Assembly: GCA_964016885.1 (NCBI GenBank)
Contig: OZ024758.1
Location: forward strand, 31,620,001 to 31,684,000
DNA: 64,000 bases
Source: Eledone cirrhosa
Taxonomy: Eukaryota
Direction: 5' to 3'
Both the position numbers and the translations under genes were made by a program. The notes beneath the pieces are model-generated. The model was given only the letters and a program-made list of their open reading frames with translations, made no database searches and was not told the DNA's origin. Position 1 is the stretch's first letter. Each line of letters opens with the position of its first letter. Positions 51,701 through 64,000 of the stretch are shown in pieces.

Positions 51701-52045
51701 TGTACATGGTTCAAGATTGGATTTGAACTAGGAAGTTTGTGGATAGTAAATATACCAATATTTGACTACAAAATAAATACCAATTATTTAACTACAAAAT
51801 GGGGGTGTTATTCATATCTTAACCAGGTTGACTTTTTAGTCAAGCATACAAAGCAATTGCAATGGACTAACGTCCTGTCCAGGGGAGAATCTTGTTCTCT
51901 CAGTCACTTCATGCCATAGAAACTGGAATAAGCACTGGGATCAAGACAGACTTGAGATATAAAGCAATATCAGTAATAGAAGTTAACTTGTTTATGTCTA
52001 GAGAAATATTTAAAGATTTACAAAAACTAAGTAATACAAACTTAC

Positions 52046-52094
52046 CACACCAAATGAATGATCCAATTTTTGCCAAACACTTTGGACATGTTAG
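52046..52094 (-). CDS. DUSP12: DUSP12 coding exon (49 nt)
   Basis: LTCPKCLAKIGSFIWC(G) versus human LLCPKCSAKLGSFNWYG; acceptor TTTCAG, donor GTAAG; too short for the ORF track. Confidence 0.92.
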
Positions 52095-52906
52095 CTGAAA
52101 GTGTAGAAAAGATTATAATAAATACATTAGTTACAATCAGTACAATTAAAATAGAATTTCCAAACAATTCTAATATTTTTTTAGCATTTCATAATTTTTG
52201 TATAAAGAGTCATGCTCTGTAAAGGAGTGTTTATCAGTGAATATCTACCTTTTGGGAGTAACTGTGTATTAGTCTACAACTTCTGTCTCTACTACACTAA
52301 CAAGCAGTGTACTGCCTCTTCTTAGCCCTATCTGACACACTGGTCTCTCTTCCTTTAGTCATCTCTGCTGTATGTTATCTAATAGATGCTGTCCTAAACA
52401 ATTTTCCTTATTTTTTATTTCCAACAGCAACTATCTATAATTCACTCCCCATTAATGATTTTTCTACAGGCATTAACTTATTCTTACCCTTCTAGAAAGG
52501 TCAAAAGACATCTCGCTCATGTTACAACTTATGGAAAAGTTTCTACAGTTGGATGATTTTTCTCACACAAACCATTTTAGAGAATATACTGGATATGTTT
52601 TACTATGGCATCAACACTAGAGAGGTCGTTAAGTCCTCTACATGACTAAAGAATCATCTTTACCCAAAATTGTCTGGTTGATCATCAACCAATTTACAGA
52701 GTGTCTTAGGTGCAATTTATTGTGGCACCAATACTAAAACGGTTGCCTTGTCCACTGCAAGACTAAAGAGACCTCTTCACATTCTGCAGTCATCCCAATT
52801 AATATATCAAACAGCTACATTTTCAGATTCATCCTACATATACCAACTTGAAAAAATTACTTACAAAACAATGCAAATGAACGCACTCACACAAGTTGCA
52901 CATATA

Positions 52907-53096
52907 CATGGGTCAGCTAAAAAGTTCATAGGCTGACCAAGATACTCTCAATTACCAAATGAGGTTTATTTTTCAACATAGTCCCTAGAAAGAAAATCTG
53001 CAATTATTAATAAGAAGAGTTGAAATTAATGCATGCAAGATTTTGCAGCTCTAGCATCATAATACTTCATAGTCAGCCTATGAACTTTTCAGCTGA
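52907..53096. mobile_element. mariner-like MITE, right TIR interrupted by RTE family D
   Basis: GGGTCAGCTAAAAAGTTCATAGGCTGAC ... GTCAGCCTATGAACTTTTCAGCTGA; a possible TIR remainder AGCTGAGCCTTATA at ~55839. Confidence 0.65.
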
Positions 53097-55845
53097 CTCA
53101 GACTCAGAAGCTCCCGCGTCTTGCGACGCATGAGGCAATCATAGTGTTCCATCGCGTTCGGTCAGCAGCCAGTTGCACAGCGTCCCGCCATTGTCTATTT
53201 GTCGCTCGCAGGTCCCTCTCAACTGTCTGGCGCCAGTTCGTTTGGGGTCGCCCTCTCCATCTGCTTCCCTGCGGGCTCCATTTAAGTACTTGGTTCGCCA
53301 GTCTCTCCGGGGGAAGTCTCAAAGCGTGTCCAAACCAGCCCAGGCGTCGCTTGCAGATGGTAGAAGAGACTAGCTGCTGGTTGGTGCGGTTCCTGACTTC
53401 CTGGTTTGTTACATGGTCACTCCATTTAATCCCCAGGATCTTTCGCAGACATCTGGAATCGAATGCGTCCAACTTCTTCTCTTGGCTGGTCTTAAGGTGC
53501 GATGTTTCACTTCCGTACAAGAGTGTGGACAGCACGTTGCTGTTGTAGAATCTCATCTTTGTTTTGAGGGTGAACTTCCTGCTCTTCCAGATCTTGTCAA
53601 GCTGGTTAAATGCTGCTGAATCCTTTCCCATTCTACATTGCAGTTCACTGTCCATGGTGCTCTCATTGTTAATGGAGCTTCCTAGGTAGGTGAAGTTGTC
53701 CACTATCTGCACCTCCCCCTGTTCAATGAAGACACTGGTTGGTGGTGGGTGTGTCCCAGATAACATGCTTTTGGTCTTCTTGGCACTGATATTGAGACCT
53801 AAGCTTCCTGCTTCGACATTGATATTGTTCACAATGATTTGTAAGTCAGCTGTGCTCTCTGCAAGTGCAGCAATATCGTCCACAAAGTCCAGGTCAGACA
53901 ACTTTTGCTCTCCCACCCAAGATATACCCTGGTCTTTAGACGCTCTTCTTAGTACCCAGTCAATGGCTATGGCAAAGAGAATTGGAGAGAGCGGGCCACC
54001 TTGACGCACGCCAGTAACCACCTCAAACCAGTCACTGTAACCATCCTCTGTCCGTATGCAGCACTTGGAGTTTGCGTAAATCTGTTTGATTGCCGAAATG
54101 ACTTTCTGGGGCAGACCATACTCATGCATGATGCTCCAGAGTGACGGTCAATGAATGCTATCGAATTCTTTGGAGAAATCGATGAAGCTGATGGCGAGGG
54201 GCCTCTGGAATTTGTTGTACCTCTCAATGACGCGGTGTAGCGTAAAGATCTGCTCTGCACAGGAACGTTTTGATCGGAACCCTGCCTGTTGTTCTCGCAG
54301 TTCCCTGTCTACCATGCCACGCATGCGGTTCAGGATCACTAGACAATAGACCTTCCCTGGTATGGAGAGAAGTGTCACTCCCCTCCAGTTGCCGTTTCTC
54401 CAGTCTTCTGGGACTTCACCCGTGTTCCACACAAGATTACATAAGTGGCCCATCCACTTAACTATGCTTTCGCCTCCTGACTTCAGCAGAAATGCCATCC
54501 ATAACTGGTGACTTGTTATTCTTAAGGGTTTTGATGGCCATGCGGACTTCCTTTTCGGTGAAGTCATCAGTATTGATAGGTAACAAACTAGTAGGTTCCT
54601 TAGTGTCTGCTGGCACACGTGGCTCCGGTCGGTTGAGGACTTCCTTGAAATGTTCAGCCCATCTGACTAACTTTTCTTCACCCTTGGAAAGCAGCGTACC
54701 ATCTTTCGCTTTCACCGGGCCTGAGTTAGCTCTAGAGCTGCCGGTGATTTTCTTGGCAATTTGGTACACAGAGCGCATGTCATTGCGTGCCGCAGCTGCT
54801 TCTGCCTCTCTGCCTTACTCTCAAGCCACATTCGTTTGTCCTTTTGGGCGCTGCATTTCACCTCCTTGTCCTTCTCAACATACTGCTGATATACCTTGAT
54901 GGCCTCTGGGGTAGTGGCATGCCTCTGCTGGTGTAGGGCTTTCCTTTCATTAATCAGCTGCCAGGTGTTGTCGCTGACCCAAGCTTCTCTGAGGGACTTC
55001 CTATAGCCCAGGATTTCTTCCCCTGTAGCTTCCATGGTCTTCTTCATTTCCTCCCACCAATTGACCAAGCCTGGTGCAGACTCCTCAAGGACAGCAAATC
55101 TATTCTTCAAAACACCTTGTAGTGGGTGCTTTCTTCTTCTGCTTCCTCAGTCTGATTTTAAGTTTGGTAACAGACAGATAGTGGTCACTGCAGACATCTA
55201 CGCCTCGGTAGACTCGGACGTCCTGCAGGCAAGAATTTCTCCATCTTGGGCCATTTGCAATCTGGTCTATTTGCGTCTTGGTCCTGTGGTCGTTTGAAGC
55301 CCATGTGACCTTGTGGATGTTCTTGTGGTCAAATAGTGACGAGCCGATTTTCATATTGTTCATGGCACAGAACTGGACAAACCTGTCCCCGTTGTCCGTG
55401 CGGTTTCCATAAGCATGGGGGCCAAGGACATGTTCAAAGCCAACCCTGCTTCCCCCGATCTGTGCGTTCATGTCTCCCATGATGATCAGGATGTCATGAC
55501 GTGGGGTTTTGTTGACAACATCTTGTAGTTGCTGGTAGAAGGCGTCCTTATCATCGTCGTTATGTTCGTTGGTTGGAGCATAGCACTGAGCTATGGTGAC
55601 CTTTGCATGTGATGTCGTGAATCTTGCTTTCATTAGGCGTTCGTTGATAGGAGTCCACTTCTCAAGGGCACCACTGGCAGCCCTGTCCATGATGATTGCA
55701 ACTCCATCTCGGTGGGTCCCGTTCTGACGACCTGAGAACAGGATGGTCTTGTTTTCATAGACAAACTTCCCAGAGTCAGTCCAGCGGACCTTGCTGAGGC
55801 CCAGGATGTTAATTTTGTAGGCCTTTATTTTTCCGATAAGCTGAG
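53097..55845 (-). mobile_element. RTE LINE family D (no PHD insertion), decayed, intronic
   Basis: EN (GDMNAQIG, QIDQI, SDH) and RT (QAGFR, DFSKEFDSI, GVRQGGPLSP, FVDD, KTK..FTYLGS) across frameshifted ORFs 53104-55690; short (TGAGTC)2 tail. Confidence 0.93.
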
Positions 55846-55871
55846 CCTTATAATAATATACATGTGCTTAC

Positions 55872-56064
55872 CTTGCCACTCTGATTAGTAACAACATCAG
55901 CCATCCATTGGACAGGTTCAATAAAGAGAGATTCATTACAAATTGCTTTAGTCTTCTCTGAGTCAGATTTACAAAGATTTGATAACTTATAGTTCCAGTC
56001 AAATGATCGTTCCCAGTCGCCAGTTGTGTGTGAAAGAAGGGAGCTTTCTCGAAACAAGGGATGC
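55872..56064 (-). CDS. DUSP12: DUSP12 coding exon (193 nt)
   Basis: (R)HPLFRESSLLSH...CNESLFIEPVQWMADVVTNQSGK; FIEPVQWM is characteristic of DUSP12; acceptor TTTTAG, donor GTAAG. Confidence 0.93.
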
Positions 56065-56110
56065 CTAAAAAACAAACAAACGAGTAAATGAACAGATAGT
56101 CCTAGATTAA

Positions 56111-56331
56111 CCCTTTAGCATTCAAATCGGCTATATCCAGCTAAAATTCTCTCACCTTTTTCTGTTCAAACCAGCCGAATCTGACCATTCATACTAACAT
56201 TAAGGTATTGTTCTCAAAATAAATAACATCAAAATCTCATAGATTCAATATTATGTCGGATAATTATGTGAAGTAAAGCCTTTATGACGAAAATACAATA
56301 ATAAATATAGAGTAATGTAAATGCTAAAGAG
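56111..56331 (+). mobile_element. piggyBac-derived MITE
   Basis: TTAA-CCCTTTAGCATT...AATGCTAAAGAG-TTAA. Confidence 0.8.
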
Positions 56332-56386
56332 TTAAAGGAAGTATGTTGGGGACATGGCGGATGAAGTTTGAAATAGAAATAGAAAC

Positions 56387-57245
56387 AAAAAGCATCCAGT
56401 CCACACTGTAAAGTGGTCATGTTGGTGTCACGATAAAAAGCACCCAGTTCATACTGTAAAGTGGTCATGTTGGTGTCACGATAAAAAGCACCCCGTCCAT
56501 ATTGTAAAGTGGTCATGTTGGTGTCACGATAAAAAGCACCCAGTCCATACTGTAAAATGGTCATGTTGGTGTCACGATAAAAAGCACCCAGTCCATATTG
56601 TAAAGTGGTCATGTTGGTGTCACGATAAAAAGCACCCAGTCCATACTGTAAAATGGTCATGTTGGTGTCACGATAAAAAGCACCCAGTCCATATTGTAAA
56701 GTGGTCATGTTGGTGTCACGATAAAAAGCACCCAGTCCATATTGTAAAGTGGTCATGTTGGTGTCACGATAAAAAGCATCCAGTCCATACTGTAAAGTGG
56801 TCATGTTGGTGTCACAATAAAAAGCATCCAGTCCATACTGTAAAGTGGTCATGTTGGTGTCACGATAAAAAGCACCCCGTCCATACTGTAAAGTGGTCAT
56901 ATTGGTGTCACGATAAAAAACACCCAGTCCACACTGTAAAGTGGTCATGTTGGTGTCACGATAAAAAACACCCAGTCCACACTGTAAAGTGGTCATGTTG
57001 GTGTCACAATAAAAAGCATCCAGTCCATACTGTAAAGTGGTCATGTTGGTGTCACGATAAAAAGCACCCAGCACTCACTGTAAATGTGGTTAGTGTTAGG
57101 AAGGGCATCCAGCTGTAGAAACCAAGCCAGAATTAGTTCTGTGTGAGCATGACATGGCCACCTGACCTGGCTTTGCTCACAACAGAATAACTCATCTAAC
57201 CCATGCCAGCGTGGAAAAATGGATGTAAAACGATGATGATGATGA
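56387..57245 (+). repeat. 48-bp tandem repeat (~14 units, to ~57070) forming the 5' part of an RTE-derived non-autonomous element ending in (GAT)n
   Basis: Unit AAAAAGCACCCAGTCCATACTGTAAAGTGGTCATGTTGGTGTCACGAT; continues into GTTAGGAAGGGCATCC and an RTE-type tail. Confidence 0.9.
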
Positions 57246-57560
57246 AGCTTCTCTATTACTCTATTATGTCTTGCAGTCAACAGGCTGAGGCCATGCTGGG
57301 GCACTGCCATAACATTTTTAACTAAATATTGTAGTCTAATAATGGGGCGTATAAACCCACTGAACAGGAAAAGATGGGTATCAGAACACTATTCAAGAGA
57401 AGGACAAAGAATGGCAACTAAAACAACACATGCTACAAGCTAAATTTTCTTCCCAATCAAAGTATTTTCTTCCTAGCTTTTTGTTTTAGGTTTTATTGTT
57501 TATGCTTAAAAAGTGTGTAGAGTGACGAAGTATAACGAAATGTTACTTCTGTTGACAAAG

Positions 57561-58365
57561 GCTGCGAATTGGCAGGGTCGCTAGAATATTGAATTAAGTT
57601 CTTTGTGGTATTTGTTCCAGCTCTCTGCTCGCCCAGTTTAAATCCTGCAGAGAACAACATTACTTTAAATCCTTTCGAAGTAGATAAAAAAAAAGTACCA
57701 GTCTAGTACTGGGGTCGATTCTTCCTCTATATCTCTTTCTCATTTCCTCTCTCTCACTTTCTATTTTTCTCTGGAAAAAATCTTCTGTACTCAGGCCTGG
57801 AGAGGAATGGGCTCCGCAAGGCTTAAAATGCCCAAGAAACACTACGTCAATACAACACCCCTATAACTCTATCAGGAGTTACGGGATTAAATCCAAAAAA
57901 AAGCACCCCTGTCGACAAGAAAGGGTTTCTTTCTCCATAATACAAAAAGGAATTTGAAACAGATGTGAGAAATACCATGAAAAATACTCAGTATCCACCC
58001 CTTCCACCTGTCCCCTTGCGGCCCTTTCTTCTCTCTGTTATGTTTATCCCAACAATTAAAATGAGAAGACAAAAAGATGGGTCAGTGAATATAAAGAACC
58101 CATAACTCCTTGTGGAATCGTAGAGGTACCGTCATACAGTGTGTCTAGGGCACTCCTTAAACCTGGCGGAGCCCAACCCACTCCAGGTCTGAACACAACC
58201 AATTTTTCTATAGAGGAAGAATCGACCCCAGTACTGCACTGGTACTTTTTTTATTGACCTCAAAAGAATGAAAGGCAAAGTTGACCCCGGCAGGATTTGA
58301 ACTCAGAGCACGCCATGAGGTGGGACGAATACGGTAAAGCATTCCGTCTGCCAATTTGCTGCCTA
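57561..58365. mobile_element. Inverted pair of Nin-type SINEs (~57561-57890 +, ~58095-58365 -)
   Basis: GTACCAGTCTAGTACTGGGGTCGATT and tail on +; reverse complement AATCGACCCCAGTACTGCACTGGTAC on -. Confidence 0.65.
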
Positions 58366-58392
58366 TGTGTATATATATATATATTTATATAT

Positions 58393-58759
58393 ATCATCAT
58401 CATCATTTTACGTCCGCTTTTCCCTGCTTGCAAGGGTGGGACGGGTCTTATTCAGCACAGCATCCCTCCACTTGTCACGGTCCTTCGTCATCTCCACCGT
58501 GAGCTTCAATGATCTGAGGTTTGTTCTCACCACCTCCGCCCATGCTTTTCGTGGTCTACCTCTACCACGTCTTCCTTCAACTGGCACTTCCTGGCACTTC
58601 TTCACCCATCGGTCATCCTCCATGCGCATCACATGTCCATACCACCTCAGTCTCCTCTCCCGTACACTACATTCTATCCCTCTCAGACACAGTTTCTCTC
58701 TCAACATATTTATGCTGGGTCGTTCACGCACATTTACACTGCACATCCAACGGAGCATA

Positions 58760-58762
<3 letters not shown>
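58393..58762 (-). mobile_element. RTE LINE family C, 3' fragment embedded in (TA)n
   Basis: SMLRWMCS...LASREKRT stop and tail; TA runs on both sides. Confidence 0.93.
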
Positions 58763-58804
<42 letters not shown>

Positions 58805-59396
58805 TTAGCAAGAATCGCATTTTGGCGAGTAGAAATTAGCGAAACGCAACTTCCGATTTGTGTTGGCAAGCACTCTATGGACCAGAAGAGACGAGAGCAA
58901 TAAACATAAGTTATAAAGACCATACAAACTGAGACGGCAGTTAAGAAGCTATTAACCACCTAAGCCAAAAAAGCGAGCAAGCTAAGCAGGTGAAACAAAA
59001 TATGATATGGCCTTTATAACTTATATATATACATATATTGAAACCCTGACCTTTTGAAGGTGTACAAACGACCAAAAATTACAAAATGTCTTCTAGATTT
59101 ATATACAGTTAAGAATGTTCTGGAACATGTCATACTCTGATTGGACAATAGTAGATTCTTCCAATGAGTGATACTTGTGGTCCTAGTTTCAACCAATCCA
59201 CTTTGCATTCGAAATATTCACACATCTCCCCCCAAGTGGATTATTTTACATTCGTAGAAAAGCAATGACTTGGTTTCCTTTGATAATTTGAAGGTCATGA
59301 TTTTGGTTCTCACCTGTAAATCTTCTGAACACTCTCTATTTCAAGAAAGCAATTAAAGAAGCAAGAAATTACATTATAGTGACTTAACTGATTTAA

Positions 59397-61925
59397 CCCT
59401 TTAGTGTTCAAACCGCCTGAAAGCGCCCAAAATTATTTCCCCTTCATTTGTTCAAACTGTCCGAAAGCGCCCCAAAACACCTACACTAAAATATCGTTCT
59501 AAAAATAAACAAACCATCATCAAAATCTCGTCAATTCGAGACTACTGCGAGATTAGGCCCTTACCGCGAAAATTAACACTTAATATAGTGAAACAAGTTA
59601 AAGCAACACGCGTTTTTTTAACTTTCAAAGTGCAACAAATTTTTTTTGTATCAACATGGCTTCTGAAAGTAGCGATACCGACTTTGAAGGTTTTACACAA
59701 GACGACATTCAGAATGAACAAGAAACAAAAGATAATATTAGTGATATATCATCAAATGAATCTGATGTTTATATTTCTGAAATTTCGTCCGACGAAGCAG
59801 ATCTCCAGGGCGCCATTGAAGATATTTCAGCAACATGGTCGAAAAATACCACACCAATACATGTTCCCGATTTTGTTGAAAATACTGGTCCACAGCATAT
59901 ATTACCTCCCGATTCTAAAGCACTGGATTATTTCTTTTTGTTTTTGCCACAAACTTTCTTCGAAGTTGTGGCAAAAGAGATGAATCGATATGCCCAACAG
60001 CAGATTTCATATCGAAGAAAACCCAATCAGTTATGGCGACCGATAGATGCTGCGGAGATGCAAGCGTTTTTTTACCATAAATATTATGTTTGGTATAAAA
60101 CAATTTCCAAGACTGTGGAATTACTGGAGGTTTAGTGACCCTTATATATCGAGTATTATGCCAAAAATAAGGTATTTGAAATTAAACCAATATTTGCATC
60201 TGGTTGATACTTCAAATGTCCCTGGTAGAAATGATTTCAATTATGACCCTCTGTATAAAGTTCGACCAGTAATTAAAATGCTCTCGGAAAAATTTAAAAC
60301 AGTGTATATACCTGGGAAAAATCTTAGTGTTGATGAAGCTATGATTGGGTATAAGGGTAGGATTCATTTTAGACAATACATGCCAGCTAAACCCACTAAA
60401 TGGGGCTTCAAGGTGTGGGAACTCTGTGAATCCGACACAGGCTACTGTGAAAACTTTGATGTTTACACAGGAAAGAAACACAACGGAAAGAGAAAATATG
60501 GCTTGGGGTACGATGTTGTGTGGTCTCTGACTGAGCCCTTCCACTCTCAACACAGACACATATATTTTGATCATTTTTTTTCTTCAGTGCGTCTAGCAGA
60601 GGATCTTGCCCTCGTAAATATGTACACCTGCGGTACAATAATGGGGAATCGAAATGAAAATCACAAAATTTAAAAAGACATTCTTCAATTTCAAAAAGGG
60701 AACTTGTTAGCCTAGCCACATTGTATAAAGACAAGCGGCTAATTTTGTTCTTATCGTCTAACCAAGAACTAGGAGTTGGGGCTGAAGGTAAACCGTTAGT
60801 CAACCTCTCCTATAATAAATATATGGATGGGGTTGACAAATCTGACCAATATTGTGCGTATTACCCAGTTGGACGCCCTGGAAAGAAATGGAGATATATC
60901 TTGTGGTTTTTAGTGAATTTAACCATTGTGAATTCTTTTATTGTATTCACTAAAAGCCACAAGAATCCGCCACCACCAAAGGACTACTGCCACATGAAAT
61001 TTCGTGTAGACGTTGCCACTCAGCTACATGGAGGATATACTTCTTGCAAATACAAAGCTGGGAGAAAGTCGAAATTACCTGAGGTAAACACGGAAAATAT
61101 TGATTTTCACAAAGTGGAGAAAATTAATGGGAGGAAGAAGGTTTGCCGAATGTGCTCTTTGCAAAAGAGAAAATCTGTTAAAGGTTATGCAATTCAAACC
61201 ACGTTTATGTGTTCTTTTTGCAAAGTGCCATTATATAAAGGCTGTTTTGGCCAATATCATAATAGAAATATTGTCTGACAATATTGAAAAAATATTTTAA
61301 AAATACATTGGAACACATTAGATACAAAAACACCTGCATTCACTTGTGTCACACCTGCATCACACCTGTTATATAAATCTACTCACACCTGTTATATAAA
61401 TCTACTCAGTACATTGTGTAAGAGTATATTGCCAATATTATCTTGACTGGTGAAAGAGTTTTATACATTTTTTTCAATGAAAATATTTGCATGAAATGTA
61501 GAGACAGACTAAAACCGTGTACTGATTATACCTGCATTTTAAATTAATTCACCTGTTCGGAAATGTGCTAAAATTGTTGGAAGTCAACATCTAGGTCATT
61601 GTTGGATATTCTTTGTACCAAATCTAGCAGGTAAGTCAGATAAAGTTTTAATTTTTGTGTTTATCCATAAAGTCATTACTTTTACACCTGTTAATTAATT
61701 TCACCTGCCCATAAAAGTCAAATTTAACAAAAAAAAAATCAGTAAAAATATACAATTGTAAATTATTGATATTTTAACATCTACTGACAAAATGTCAAGT
61801 CTGCACATAGAAAATTAAGAAAATTACAAACAAATGAAATTGATAACCCTCTTGAGTATGATTAACTCAAAATAAATGCAAACAAATAAGCAGGACATTT
61901 GAAAATTAATACGAATGCTAAAGGG
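59397..61925 (+). mobile_element. piggyBac DNA transposon (2.5 kb) in a DUSP12 intron
   Basis: TTAA TSDs at 59393-59396 and 61926-61929; TIRs CCCTTTAGTGTTC / GAATGCTAAAGGG. Confidence 0.9.
59656..61278 (+). pseudogene. piggyBac (PGBD4-like) transposase, frameshifted with an apparent internal deletion
   Basis: Three ORFs (59656-60135, 60047-60673, 60721-61278): acidic N-terminus, DPLYKVRP, SVDEAM, FRQYMPAKPTKWG, FDHFFSS, GVDKSDQ, C-terminal Cys-rich domain. Confidence 0.9.
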
Positions 61926-62210
61926 TTAAATGCGCTTTTTACTTTTAACATAGTTTTAATGGGTTTAAGATCACATTCTTTGTGTTGTATTTCTATTCTA
62001 TTTAATGAACAAGGCTCAGTTTTCTAAGATCCAATCTAAATGGTTTATATAATGTTTAGTCTATCTTTTTCAACAACTAACAATTTTTTTATCAGCTTGC
62101 AGAATTTTACTTCTTGCATTCATCACCATCATCGGTTTTATGTCTATTTAAAAGAAAAACGATGATGATGATGATGAATGCAAGATATAAAATTCATCAT
62201 TCTTTCTTAT

Positions 62211-62418
62211 CCCTTTATCATTTACATTACTCTATATTTACTATTATATTCTCACAGTAGAGACTGTACCTCACATAATATCGAATTTACGAGATTTTAA
62301 TATTATTTATTTTCAGAACAATACCTTAAAGTCAGTATGAGCTGCCAATTATGGTCGGTTTGAACAGAAAGAGGTGAGAGAATTCTAGCTGGATACAGCT
62401 GGTTTAAATGCTAAAGGG
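62211..62418 (-). mobile_element. piggyBac-derived MITE
   Basis: CCCTTTATCATTTAC...AATGCTAAAGGG-TTAA; matches 15200-15407. Confidence 0.8.
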
Positions 62419-62586
62419 TTAAACCAGTGAAAGTCATCTATTAACTAACAATAGCTGTATTTGAAATCAAAATTATAAAGCAACAAATGAAATTAGCCTT
62501 CATTTATAATGAAATGCCTAAACTTAGACTGTGACAACTCACTCAAAGATTTAACTTTGTGGACTATGTTATATTCTTTTCCTCAC

Positions 62587-62683
62587 CTGCATTTTTTACA
62601 TTTGTACAACGTTTCTGTTTTGGGATGATTTTCTGTTGGACTAGCAACAAGCAAGGTTTTTACATCATTGTTGAGAATTCCAC
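62587..62683 (-). CDS. DUSP12: DUSP12 coding exon (97 nt); upstream phosphatase-domain exons lie beyond the window end
   Basis: GILNNDVKTLLVASPTENHPKTETLYKCKKC(R) versus human EVLYKCRKCR; acceptor TTTCCAG, donor GTGAG; phase 2 joins the next exon correctly. Confidence 0.88.
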
Positions 62684-62743
62684 CTGGAAAATACAGTTAA
62701 AATATTTAAAACCAGACAATCAGAACCAACAGTAAAATAATAT

Positions 62744-62921
62744 ACTGTAAATGTGGTTGGCCTAAGAAGGGCATCCAGCCATAGAAACCAAGTCAGAAAC
62801 AGTTCTGTATAAGCAAGATATGGTTATTTGATCTGACTTGTCTCACACTAGGACAACTTGTCAAACCCATGCTACCGTGGAAAAACGGACACTAAATATT
62901 GATGATGATGGTGATGATGAT
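62744..62921 (+). mobile_element. Old RTE-derived bipartite/SINE 3' fragment
   Basis: CTGTAAATGTGGTTGG..AAGGGCATCCAGCC module, AACCCATGC..GTGGAAAA..GGAC tail, (GAT)n. Confidence 0.7.
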
Positions 62922-62927
62922 TAGAGG

Positions 62928-63178
62928 CACTCTGTTGGTTATGATGGCAAGTGTTCCAGTTGATCCAATCAACGGAACAACTTGATCGTGGAATTAACAT
63001 GTAAGTGGCTGAGCATTCCACAGACACACGTACCCTTTACATAGTTCTCCGGAAGATTCAGTGTAACACAGTGTGTGACAAAGTTGGTCCTCTGCACTAC
63101 AGGTACAACTCATTTTTGCCAGCAGAGTGGACTGGAACAACGTTAAATAGAGTGTCTTGCTCAAGGACACAACCACAC
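62928..63178 (-). mobile_element. 5'-truncated SINE (CORE-like segment with a different tail)
   Basis: GTGTCTTGCTCAAGGACACAAC is the reverse complement of the CORE-like segment seen at 44915. Confidence 0.65.
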
Positions 63179-63577
63179 AGCCAAACTATAATAAAGTAAG
63201 GAGTGCGGGACAGCGTCCAGAATATATTTTTTTATCCAGTTTGTAAAATAAGTTGGATTACTTTGAATAAATAATGAATGAATATTACATAATTTATCTA
63301 CTAAATTTCGTTATTCTTGATTAAATATAAATAATTTTGTTGCTTATTTTAAGATTCACTTCTTTAAAATGTTCAAATGTCAACACTTCCGGTTAGCGAT
63401 CGCTTAAATAAACATTCATATATTTCTGTCACTAATTTTCTCCTAATGCAGTTTATATATAATATCATCTTTTTTTCATGTGTCATGGAGTACGTTATTG
63501 ATTACATAAGACAGTGTAACACAGTCTTCGTTCAATTTCTGTGTATATTGTCAATTACGATTTTATTTGATGTATCA

Positions 63578-64000
63578 TATCTACATGTATATATACTTGT
63601 GTATAATATCAATATACACACTAGACATGCAGCAGATATATAATATCTACATGTATATATACTTGTGTATAATATCAATATACACACTACACATGCAGCA
63701 GATATATAATATCTACATGTATATATACTTGTGTATAATATCAATATACACACTACACATGCAGCAGATATATAATATCTACATGTATATATACTTGTGT
63801 ATATTATCAATATACACACTACACATGCAGCAGATATATAATATCTACATGTATATATACTTGTATATAATATCAATATACACACTACACATGCAGCAGA
63901 TATATAATATCTACATGTATATATACTTGTGTATAATATCAATATACACACTAGACATGCAGCAGATATATAATATCTACATGTATATATACTTGTGTAT
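63578..64000. repeat. 66-bp AT-rich minisatellite (more than 6 units, open at window end)
   Basis: Unit TATCTACATGTATATATACTTGTGTATAATATCAATATACACACTACACATGCAGCAGATATATAA. Confidence 0.95.

Noticed and set aside
56229-57074. 281-aa repetitive ORF
   Set aside because: Translation of the 48-bp tandem repeat; intronic.
59656-61278. Domesticated PGBD gene
   Set aside because: Frameshifts, stops, intact TIRs and TTAA TSDs indicate a decayed transposon.
63532-63951. 139-aa Cys/Tyr-rich ORF
   Set aside because: Translation of the 66-bp minisatellite.

Overview
Eukaryotic (animal) genomic DNA. The repeat repertoire (Nin/Deu-type and tRNA-CORE-type SINEs, RTE LINEs with (GAT)n tails, TA microsatellites) suggests a coleoid cephalopod such as Octopus; this is inference, not a database result. 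Layout: a 42-bp minisatellite (1-9250); SINE/MITE-rich DNA (9.3-19.4 kb); a 72-bp minisatellite (19474-25180); a ~20-kb pile-up of RTE-clade LINEs from three families (called A, B, C here) separated mostly by short (TA)n runs and fold-back palindromes (25181-45168), including one copy with an intact 1022-aa EN-RT ORF; then the last four coding exons of a DUSP12/YVH1 orthologue on the minus strand (46186-62683). The DUSP12 introns hold more RTE LINEs, SINEs, MITEs and a decayed piggyBac transposon. Most notable: families A, B and C carry a canonical C4HC3 PHD finger inside the reverse transcriptase (absent from a fourth RTE family in the same window), sit in (TA)n, form head-to-head pairs and fold-back junctions, and carry a shared UTR module at the 5' end in one family and the 3' end in the others. 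A candidate minimal hammerhead ribozyme lies in one palindrome.
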